Positions 1-7,484 of a stretch of 10,936 nucleotides of DNA are shown here, piece by piece (position 1 is the stretch's first letter; the number at the start of each line of letters is the position of its first letter). The DNA comes from Promethearchaeota archaeon. Lineage in GTDB: Archaea; Asgardarchaeota; Lokiarchaeia; Sigyniarchaeales; SOKP01. The notes below the pieces were generated by a model. It was not told the origin of the DNA, did no database searches, and saw nothing but the letters and a program-made list of their open reading frames with translations. The stretch is from contig JBHLLT010000052.1 of the NCBI GenBank assembly GCA_048938855.1, forward strand, positions 1-10,936, in the 5' to 3' direction. The translations under genes and the position numbers were made by a program.

Positions 1-2
1 CA

Positions 3-1064
3 GAAGGAATTTTTGGAAATCCTACAGATCGATATATCTGGGAATATTTGACTTCAATGGGCAAAATTCTAGGTATTATTTCATTAGATCAAAATACCTT
101 TCAACCATATACATGTAATAAAACAAGTATCTTATTTTTTAAGAAATTAGAAAAGATACCTAACGATTATGTAATTGATTTTGCGATAGTAGAAAATGTT
201 GGTCATGATAAAGATGGCAAAATCTTATATAAACTGGAAAAAGATGGAAGTAAAAAGTTAGATTTTAATGGAAATTCGATGATTAATGATGATTTAATAG
301 ATTTACATCTAAAACTTACAGAAGCTGAAGAATTCAACTATTTGAAAGACCAAAAGATTTTTAAAATAAAGTTTAGCCAAATTAAGAATAAAATCTTCAT
401 TCCAGTTTATTATATTGGAGTAGAAAAAACATTAAAAAAATTTGCTACTGATGAAGATTTCATTCTTCTAACTATTAAAGAATTAACTGATAAAATGATA
501 ATATATACTAATAAAGGGGGTTATATTCCTAGAGGAGATGAAATTGGATCCCACGTTTATGGTTTAGGTGAAATTCCATTTATTAGAACTAGCGAAATTA
601 ATAATTGGGAAATAAATTTAGATTCCTATAAAAAAACAAGTGAAGAAGTCTATGAACAATATAAATTGAAACAGAAGATTGAAGTTGGTGATATTCTTTT
701 AGTCAAAGATGGTGGTCCTAACTTGATTGGGAAAACTGCTTATATAACAGATCAAGATACCCAAATTATAATTCAGAGTCATATTTTTCAATTAAAAACT
801 CTAGAAAATGATGAATTCATAGATTCTTATCTTCTTTTATACCTGTTAAATTTAGATATTGTACAAAAGCAAATCCAAGCAATAACTTTCGTTCAAGGTA
901 CTATAGCGACCATAGGGAATCGAATAATGGAGGTTATTTTACCAATCCCTTCTGATATGAATAAACGAACAGAAATTTCGAGACATATAAAAAGAATTAT
1001 AGAGGATAAAAAGAATATTCGTAAAAAAATTAGAAATTTGTCATTAAAATACTCATTCGGTTAA
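3..1064 (+). CDS. N6-adenine DNA methyltransferase (HsdM-like) fused to a C-terminal HsdS-like target recognition domain; type I/IIG-like R-M protein, 5'-partial
   Basis: The frame is open from base 3 (EGIFGNPTDRYIWEYLTSMGKILGIISLDQNTFQPYTCNKTSILFFKK), matching the C-terminal N6_Mtase motifs (PEGxFxN...ISL...FxPYT..KTSILF.KK), so TTG at 48 is not the true start. The second half has HsdS TRD motifs (IPFIRTSEI, GDILLVKDG...IGK, YLLYLLN, ILPIP plus terminal helix). Stop TAA at 1062-1064. Confidence 0.85.
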   Translation, partial: EGIFGNPTDRYIWEYLTSMGKILGIISLDQNTFQPYTCNKTSILFFKKLEKIPNDYVIDFAIVENVGHDKDGKILYKLEKDGSKKLDFNGNSMINDDLIDLHLKLTEAEEFNYLKDQKIFKIKFSQIKNKIFIPVYYIGVEKTLKKFATDEDFILLTIKELTDKMIIYTNKGGYIPRGDEIGSHVYGLGEIPFIRTSEINNWEINLDSYKKTSEEVYEQYKLKQKIEVGDILLVKDGGPNLIGKTAYITDQDTQIIIQSHIFQLKTLENDEFIDSYLLLYLLNLDIVQKQIQAITFVQGTIATIGNRIMEVILPIPSDMNKRTEISRHIKRIIEDKKNIRKKIRNLSLKYSFG

Positions 1065-1472
1065 ATTTTCATCCTTTTTTAATTTAAGTTCTGTTAGGTA
1101 AATAAGCTCTTTAGCATTCTTTAATTCTTCACTTGTTATTGGTAATATATCCATAACAGCATAAGTTCTTTGATTAAGTGCTACAATCATTCCAGGCTCA
1201 ATTTTTTTATCTTTTACTCTACGAGATAAATTAACTACAAAAAATGGTCCATTAGAAGTTACAACAACAACTCTGGGCTTTTCTTGTTCTAAAACACTAA
1301 CAACTACAGCACCTAAAAGAGGAGGTTCTCTTAATCTGTCAATTTCATTTCGTAAACTGTGTAATTCTTGTTCCAACCTTAAACGCTCCGCATCTAATAA
1401 TTGTTTTTCAGTTTCTAAATTACGTAATCTCTTTTCTAATTCATCCTTATGAATATCATTTTTGCTTGACAT
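1053..1472 (-). CDS. Stand-alone PAN (proteasome-activating nucleotidase) N-terminal domain protein: coiled coil + OB fold, no AAA+ ATPase domain
   Basis: 139 aa. Heptad coiled coil ending in LRNEIDRLREPPLLG (PAN CC-OB junction 'PPL'), then RVVVVTSNGPFFVVN and IEPGMIVALNQRTYAVMDILP, which match PAN/Rpt OB-domain motifs (S-x-GP.FVV, PG..VALNQ.T.AV..ILP). No Walker A/B follows. Stop TGA. Confidence 0.85.
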   Translation of the reverse strand: MSSKNDIHKDELEKRLRNLETEKQLLDAERLRLEQELHSLRNEIDRLREPPLLGAVVVSVLEQEKPRVVVVTSNGPFFVVNLSRRVKDKKIEPGMIVALNQRTYAVMDILPITSEELKNAKELIYLTELKLKKDENLTE

Positions 1473-1572
1473 TAGAATCCCTAAAATTTGTTTAGAGTTT
1501 AAAGAAATTTTATCTATTTTAATCTTTGGTAAAATTCCTAAAGTTCAAAATCCTTAAAATTAATTATTTCAT

Positions 1573-2010
1573 ATGAAGATCGAAACATTCTCTATGGAAT
1601 CCTATGATGATATTCTCTCAATTTGGAGGAAAGCAGGGATTAGTGTAGGTTCTACAGACACGAAAGAAGAAATTAAAAGAATCCTTGATGTAAATCCTCA
1701 GCTATTTTTAGTCGGAAAAATAGATCAAAAAATCATCGGTGTTGTTATAGGAGGATTCGATGGGAGAAGAGGATATGTGCATCATCTTGCAGTTGATCCT
1801 GATTATCAGAAAAAAGGATATGGTAAGATGATAATGGATGAATTAACAGCTAGATTTCGTAAAATGGGCGTACATAAAGTTCATCTATTTATAGAAAAAT
1901 ATAATAAAGAGGTAGTCAACTTTTACCTCAACTTAGGGTGGGAGATTCGAGATGATTTAGTTATGATGAGTTATATTCCTGATAAAAGTTTATACAAAAT
2001 GAGGATATAA
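1573..2010 (+). CDS. GNAT family N-acetyltransferase (YpeA-like)
   Basis: 145 aa. GGFDGRRGYVHHLAVDPDYQKKGYG (acetyl-CoA motif A) and N...VNFYLNLGW (motif B). Confidence 0.92.
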   Translation: MKIETFSMESYDDILSIWRKAGISVGSTDTKEEIKRILDVNPQLFLVGKIDQKIIGVVIGGFDGRRGYVHHLAVDPDYQKKGYGKMIMDELTARFRKMGVHKVHLFIEKYNKEVVNFYLNLGWEIRDDLVMMSYIPDKSLYKMRI

Positions 2011-2125
2011 CATGTCTTTCCAGCATGTATTATTAATTAAATTATATTCTTCAACTCCCTTTTATTAAAACTTTTAAATAATATTGAAAAGAATAATATC
2101 ACATATTTCATAAAAAACAAGTGAA

Positions 2126-3931
2126 ATGAAAATGAATATCGAAATGAGTAAAGAAGACCTAATAAAATTTTACGGGATAGATAAGAAATGGCCAAAAGAA
2201 ACACCAAGACATATTGATTATGAAGCAGTACCCTTAGGGCAGCTTTTAAGCACGACAGCTTTAAAATACCCTGATTCTGAAGCCATCTTTTTTGAGGGGT
2301 TTCGAATGACATATTTAGAATTAGATACTCTAGTAGACCAGTTTGCCACTGCTTTGACTAAGTTAGGGATAAAAAAAGGTGATGTTGTATGTATTGATTT
2401 GCCAAATATTCCCCAATATGTTATTGCTCATTGGGCCGTAGTGCGAATTGGTGCTACGTCTAACCCAATTTTACCTGTGAATCGATTTGTAGAGATTGTT
2501 CACCAAGTAAATGACTCTAAAGCAGAAACTTTAATCATACTGGACTTCCTATATGAAGAATACCTTCTTGACAAAGATCTAAGTAAAATGCCAACCTTAA
2601 AACAAATAATTTTAACGGGAACAGCTGAATATCTACCTCCATTGAAAGCAAAGCTAGGAACAGCTTTAGGGAAAGTCCCAAGAATGAAGGAATGGCCTAA
2701 AAAAGAAGGTGATATTATATTTCATAAATTTCAAGAAATCTTAAACAATGGACTTCCAATAAATATACCAAAAATCGACTTTAATCTGAAAGAAGATATA
2801 TCTGTTTTAATATATACCGGAGGTACAACTGGAGTTCCAAAAGGAGTAATGACATCTCATTATTCCATGGTAGTAAACACTCTTCAGACAGATGCTTGGG
2901 CTACAACCCAATTACCTGAGATGAACGAATTAAAGGGGAAGGGAAGTATGATGTTAGTGGTGCCACTTGCGCATTCTTTTGGTAATATTGGTATGACTGT
3001 ATCTGTACTAGAAGGTTGGAAGATGATATTATTACCACGACCTCCAGAAAGAATATCAGATATATTAAAAATTATGATGAAAGAGAATGCTACATACATG
3101 CCAGGAGTACCAACACTTTACATAAAAATCAATGAAGATCCTAATTCAAGTAAATATAAAGGTAAATTAAACTCACTGATTGCATGTATAAGTGCAGCTT
3201 CAGCAATACCCGAAGAGGTTAAGAATGAATATGAAAGAATAACTGGAGTGAGTATCGTAGAAGGATATGGAATGTCAGAATGTTCTCCTGTGGTATGCTT
3301 AAATCCATTTCAAGGAACATTTCAAAAAGTCAATACTGTTGGTTTTCCAATTTCTGACACATTACTTAAAATTGTAGATGCTGATAGTGGTAAAAAAATT
3401 TTATCTCCTTGTCCAAATGATAATTGTGAAAATTGTGGGGAAGATGAGTTCCAATATATCGGAGAAATATGTTGTAGCGGTCCCCAAGTTATGAATGGAT
3501 ATTTAGGGAGGAAAGAAGACTCTGATTACGCATTAAGAAAAGATTCTGAAGGCGTTATTTGGTATTATACTGCCGATATTGGATGTATCGATAACGAGGG
3601 ATATTTACATATTAAGGATAGAAAAAGGGATATGATCAAAAGGAAAGGTCATGGAGTATTTCCAAGAGAGGTTGAGGATTTAATATACATGCATGAATCT
3701 GTCAGTGAAGTTGGTGTTATAGGAGTACCTGATCCTGAAACTGGACAAGAAATTAAAGCATTTGTTTCACTAAAACCTGAGTTTAAGGGCAAGATAACAA
3801 AAGAACAACTCTTAGAATGGTGTAAGAATAATATTAGTCCTTATAAATACCCGAGAATGATTGAAATTGTCCCAGAATTGCCTAAATCAGTTGTGGGTAA
3901 AATTTTAAGACGAGAATTACGAAAGGAATAA
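2126..3931 (+). CDS. fadD: Long-chain-fatty-acid--CoA ligase (ANL/AMP-binding superfamily)
   Basis: 601 aa. P-loop YTGGTTGVPKG, EGYGMSE, TADIG, DRKRDMIKRKG..VFPREVE, PKSVVGKILRR with the catalytic Lys. The true start may be ATG 2132, which lies 7 nt after AGTGA (2120-2124). Confidence 0.93.
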   Translation: MKMNIEMSKEDLIKFYGIDKKWPKETPRHIDYEAVPLGQLLSTTALKYPDSEAIFFEGFRMTYLELDTLVDQFATALTKLGIKKGDVVCIDLPNIPQYVIAHWAVVRIGATSNPILPVNRFVEIVHQVNDSKAETLIILDFLYEEYLLDKDLSKMPTLKQIILTGTAEYLPPLKAKLGTALGKVPRMKEWPKKEGDIIFHKFQEILNNGLPINIPKIDFNLKEDISVLIYTGGTTGVPKGVMTSHYSMVVNTLQTDAWATTQLPEMNELKGKGSMMLVVPLAHSFGNIGMTVSVLEGWKMILLPRPPERISDILKIMMKENATYMPGVPTLYIKINEDPNSSKYKGKLNSLIACISAASAIPEEVKNEYERITGVSIVEGYGMSECSPVVCLNPFQGTFQKVNTVGFPISDTLLKIVDADSGKKILSPCPNDNCENCGEDEFQYIGEICCSGPQVMNGYLGRKEDSDYALRKDSEGVIWYYTADIGCIDNEGYLHIKDRKRDMIKRKGHGVFPREVEDLIYMHESVSEVGVIGVPDPETGQEIKAFVSLKPEFKGKITKEQLLEWCKNNISPYKYPRMIEIVPELPKSVVGKILRRELRKE

Positions 3932-4011
3932 ACCTTAAAAATTTTTTTATTCATTTATCTATTTATAGCTTGTTTCAATGAAAAAATAAGAAATTAAAAA
4001 ATAATCCAAGA
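3932..4011. terminator. Probable bidirectional oligo-T archaeal terminator region between convergent genes
   Basis: T7 run at 3942-3948 on + after the fadD stop. TTTCTTATTTTTT on - (3993-3981) after the flavoprotein stop. Confidence 0.5.
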
Positions 4012-5034
4012 TTAGACTATTTTTGAGCATAGATTTTTTAATATTTTTTCAGCTTTATTTGTAAATCCTGAGATTATATCATCAACATCTAATATTGAAT
4101 CAATTAATCCGACTGTTTGACCCACTGGAACAGCACCATCTACAGTATCTCCTTTTGTATAAACTAATTCATATGCCATAAGATCTGTTAAATATTCATC
4201 CATATCATAGGCTAGTTCTTGAGATATTTTTTCATCTCTACTCATTACTCTACCATGTTCTTCGCAATATTTATTTTTTAATAGCCTTATTGGCCCAAAA
4301 CCTCCTGTTGTAAGCATAGTATCTCGAGCTGTAGCAGGAGGAATAAGATCTTTGTAATTCTGATGAAATTCACTTTCAGTAGAGGCTATAAAACGTGTTC
4401 CCATTGCAATAGCATCAGCACCCAATGCTAGTCCTGCAGCTACACCTTCAGGAGTTGCAAAACCTCCACATCCAACTAACATTTTATCAGGATACTTTCG
4501 AGCGACCTGTTGCACTAAAACCAATGTAGTCACCCCTTCATAACTCTGATGACCTCCACCTTCGGTACCGGTTGCTACAATTCCATCACAACCAGATTCT
4601 ACAATTTTATCAACCAACCATAAAGCAGGACCGACATGGAAATGATACATATCAGGTGCGTTTTCTTTCCACATTTTTCCTGCAACACGAGGGCCACCAG
4701 CGCTAGTTAACGCATAAACTAATTGTTCTCTTAATTTAGGGTTTTCTTTACGCCATTGAGGTATTTTTCTTAATAAAACCCTATGATCGGTTTGAATTCG
4801 AGCAACACGGACATTAATACCAAAGGGTTTGTCAGAATGCTCTACATAATAGTCCAATTGATCTTTAAAATCTTTAACTGAATTTTTACCTCTTAATGTA
4901 GCATGACTTACAACTCCTAGACCACCTGCTTCTGAGACTGCAATAGCTAATTTTGTTGTATAAAATGGTCCCATCGGAGCACTAATAATAGGATATTTTA
5001 TTCCAAAATTTTCGGTAATTCTTGTTTTAATCAA
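4012..5034 (-). CDS. Nitronate monooxygenase / enoyl-[ACP/CoA] reductase FabK family FMN-dependent TIM-barrel oxidoreductase
   Basis: 340 aa. KTRITENFGIKYPIISAPMG, AVSEAGGLG, KPFGIN, EGGGH (catalytic His), GGFAT...AGLALGADAIAMGTRFIASTES, GQTVGLI. TTG start with GAGTGA 8 nt upstream. Confidence 0.9.
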   Translation of the reverse strand: MIKTRITENFGIKYPIISAPMGPFYTTKLAIAVSEAGGLGVVSHATLRGKNSVKDFKDQLDYYVEHSDKPFGINVRVARIQTDHRVLLRKIPQWRKENPKLREQLVYALTSAGGPRVAGKMWKENAPDMYHFHVGPALWLVDKIVESGCDGIVATGTEGGGHQSYEGVTTLVLVQQVARKYPDKMLVGCGGFATPEGVAAGLALGADAIAMGTRFIASTESEFHQNYKDLIPPATARDTMLTTGGFGPIRLLKNKYCEEHGRVMSRDEKISQELAYDMDEYLTDLMAYELVYTKGDTVDGAVPVGQTVGLIDSILDVDDIISGFTNKAEKILKNLCSKIV

Positions 5035-5174
5035 TTTTTATTTCACTCTAAAAAGTAATATTATGATAGTTTAGTTTTGCTTTTTAGAAGTAAAAAATTT
5101 ATCTAAATTGAATCCATAAAATATTCAATTTTAGATTAAATAGTAAAAAAAAATTTTAATAAATAAAAAGAAAC

Positions 5175-5828
5175 TTAAAACTTATAGCCACATTTCTTAC
5201 ACACGTTAATCTTAGAATAAAGCGGACTATGACCGACATATCCTAGAACTTTGCTTTTATCTTCTTCAACTTTTAAGTCTTTTCCTCTAGCACCGCAATT
5301 TGGGCAAATTAAACGCTCTTCACTGGTATATTCTTTAGGTGCTGTTGGTTTTAATGCTGATAATTCTGTTTCTGCTTTTTCTAATTTGCTAGCTTTTTCA
5401 TTTAATTCTTTTTCTTTTTCTGAAAGCGTTTCTGTTAATTCGTTGATCTTGGAATTTTTTTCAGCTAAATCTCTTTTCAACTCATCCTTATTTTTGGTTA
5501 ATTCAGCAATTTTCGGTTTTAAGCCATCTACTTCTGCTCTTAATTTATTAAGTTCGTCATTTTTTAAAGTAACTGTTTTCTTTAGATCATAAATTTCACT
5601 ATCTAATCTTTCTAGGTTACCGGCTTTACTTTCTAAATCTGATAACTTTCTTTGAGTTTCTTCTAATTCAGAATTTTTTTTGAGTAAAGTATCTTTTAGT
5701 TCATTTATTTCAGTTTCATATGTATTAACTTTATTTTGTAAAGCCTTTACAACTTTATCATCTAAATCTGATGTAAGGTCTTTTATTTCATCGTGAGAAA
5801 TAATTATTACACCTCTAACTTTTCCCAA
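5175..5828 (-). CDS. Hypothetical long coiled-coil protein with C-terminal Zn-ribbon (CPNC-x31-CKKC)
   Basis: About 140 aa of K/E/L-rich heptads (approx. aa 25-160), a Pro-rich linker (PTAP), then CPNCG...CKKCG. Start uncertain (TTG 5828 versus ATT 5801). Confidence 0.8.
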   Translation of the reverse strand: MGKVRGVIIISHDEIKDLTSDLDDKVVKALQNKVNTYETEINELKDTLLKKNSELEETQRKLSDLESKAGNLERLDSEIYDLKKTVTLKNDELNKLRAEVDGLKPKIAELTKNKDELKRDLAEKNSKINELTETLSEKEKELNEKASKLEKAETELSALKPTAPKEYTSEERLICPNCGARGKDLKVEEDKSKVLGYVGHSPLYSKINVCKKCGYKF

Positions 5829-6231
5829 ATAATATATTTAATTATAGTAAAAACTCGGAATTTCACTAATTGAAATTATTTACAATATAGAACGAATTTT
5901 TATAAGATTTTTATAATAGAATTTATATTTAAGCTTTTATTTTGTGATATTTTTAGTATAAAAAAGAAAATTTCGAGTATTTAAGAATATATCTAACTTT
6001 TCGGGGTTACAATATTAGTAACACTTCCATTAAGTGTTTAATCAGAATATTCAACAGTTTAAAGGTTTTATAGATGAATTAAAACAAATTTAGTCATTTT
6101 TGATTAGTAACAGATTATATTTCTTTTAAAAAGATTTGAGCTTAGATTTTTTGAGTAATGCAATACTAATTATATAATCAAACAATAAGAAAATCAATAT
6201 TAAATTTAAAATATATTATAAGTGAGAAAAT
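5829..6231. promoter_or_regulatory. Divergent promoter region with palindromic candidate operator sites
   Basis: 403-bp AT-rich non-coding gap between divergent genes. Palindromes at 6006-6022, 6020-6038 and 6154-6167. Direct repeat ATTAGTAACA at 6014-6023 and 6103-6112. Confidence 0.5.
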
Positions 6232-7482
6232 TTGAGAAAAGTTGCAATTATTGGTATTGGAATTACACCATTTAAAGCGAGATACTTAGATAAAACATAT
6301 TTTGAACTTGCCTTTGATGCAACCAAATTGGCAATTAATGATGCTCAAAAAAATGGGGCTACTATTACTCATAAAGACCTGCAATCTGCGGTTTATGGTA
6401 TTTATAATGAATTATTCGAGAGACAATTCATGCCAGATATTTTTACTAATTCATATTTAGGCATGAATAATAAACCCGGAACTCGTGTTGCAACAGGTGG
6501 CGCTACAGGAGGATATACTGTAAGGATGGCATTTGCAGAAGTTGCATCAGGATTATCAGATTTATGCCTTTGTATAGGGCTTGAAAAATGTAATGACTGC
6601 TATGATGAACAAACAGGTGTAACCACTCCAGAAGTTTTAAATGCAATTGCTTACTCCGCGGATATGACATATGAATATCCAATGGGAATGATGGCTGCGA
6701 GTTCATATGTTTCAATGGTTAACGCGCATTATGAGGAATTTGGCAATCCTACTGAAGAACAAATGGCTTACGTTAGCGTTAAAAACCATGGAAACGCTAT
6801 AAATAATCCAAAAGCACAATCTCCTATGAAAATAACTGTTGAGGATGTTATGAATTCGAGAATAATATGTTATCCATTTAAAATGTTAGATTGCTGTTTA
6901 TATTCAGAAGCATCTGCAGTACTAATACTAGCAAGTGAAGAAAAAGTTAAAGAATTAAAGGTCGAAAAGCCAATTTGGATAACGGGAGTAGCAGCAGCAA
7001 ATACAGATTGTTTTATTGGAAATAGAGAAGATATGGGTCGTTTATATTCTAATATTTACGCTGCAAAGGCAGCTTATAAGATGGCTGGATTAGACTACAA
7101 TAAAATAAAAAGTCAAATTGATTTAGCAGAACTGCATGATGCCTTTAGTGGGCAGGAAGTTATAAGCTATGAAGAACTTGGATTTGTTCCGTTTGGCGAG
7201 GGTGGTCCTTGGATTGAAAAATCTTTTGAAAAATCAGGAGAGGGACCTTGGATAGAAGGGGAATTACCATGCTGTCCATCAGGAGGGTTAATCGGTTGTG
7301 GACACGCCGTTGGTGCTACAGGAATAATGAGTACCGGAGAAGCTGCACTTCAATTAAGGGAGGAAGCGGGAAAGCATCAAGTCAAAATAGAAAAAGGAAG
7401 AGCTATTTCACATTCCATTGGAGGTCCCGGAGCAGCATATGCAGCGGTTATTGTAATGGCAAATAAGGAGGGGATGAAATAA
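6232..7482 (+). CDS. Thiolase-fold protein of the SCP-x/archaeal type (canonical catalytic cysteines absent)
   Basis: 416 aa. RKVAIIGIGITPF, VSVKNHGNAINNPKAQ, LDCC...A.A.ILASEE, ELHDAF, PSGGL...GHAVGATG, HSIGG. The nucleophile loop reads RVATGGATGG rather than RVExACASGG. Confidence 0.92.
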   Translation: MRKVAIIGIGITPFKARYLDKTYFELAFDATKLAINDAQKNGATITHKDLQSAVYGIYNELFERQFMPDIFTNSYLGMNNKPGTRVATGGATGGYTVRMAFAEVASGLSDLCLCIGLEKCNDCYDEQTGVTTPEVLNAIAYSADMTYEYPMGMMAASSYVSMVNAHYEEFGNPTEEQMAYVSVKNHGNAINNPKAQSPMKITVEDVMNSRIICYPFKMLDCCLYSEASAVLILASEEKVKELKVEKPIWITGVAAANTDCFIGNREDMGRLYSNIYAAKAAYKMAGLDYNKIKSQIDLAELHDAFSGQEVISYEELGFVPFGEGGPWIEKSFEKSGEGPWIEGELPCCPSGGLIGCGHAVGATGIMSTGEAALQLREEAGKHQVKIEKGRAISHSIGGPGAAYAAVIVMANKEGMK

Positions 7483-7484
7483 AC

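Noticed and set aside
48-50. TTG start of the first ORF
   Set aside because: The frame is open to the window edge with conserved methyltransferase sequence, so the gene begins upstream.
1044-1055. Selenocysteine read-through or frameshift restoring full-length PAN
   Set aside because: After the TGA the frame reads GTA TTT TAA and stops. The downstream DNA is the antisense of the R-M gene, and the ORF track shows no minus-strand AAA+ ORF there.
2037-2312. 91-aa hydrophobic minus-strand ORF
   Set aside because: Mostly antisense to fadD plus AT-rich intergenic DNA. The hydrophobicity reflects T-rich codons and there is no motif.
2884-3099. 71-aa minus-strand ORF
   Set aside because: Antisense shadow of fadD.
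5251-5592. 113-aa Ser/Phe/Leu-rich plus-strand ORF
   Set aside because: Typical antisense mirror of a Lys/Glu-rich coiled-coil gene.
5829-6231. CRISPR array, tRNA or small CDS in the long intergenic gap
   Set aside because: No regularly spaced 24-40 bp repeats, no GC-rich cloverleaf, and no ORF in the supplied track.
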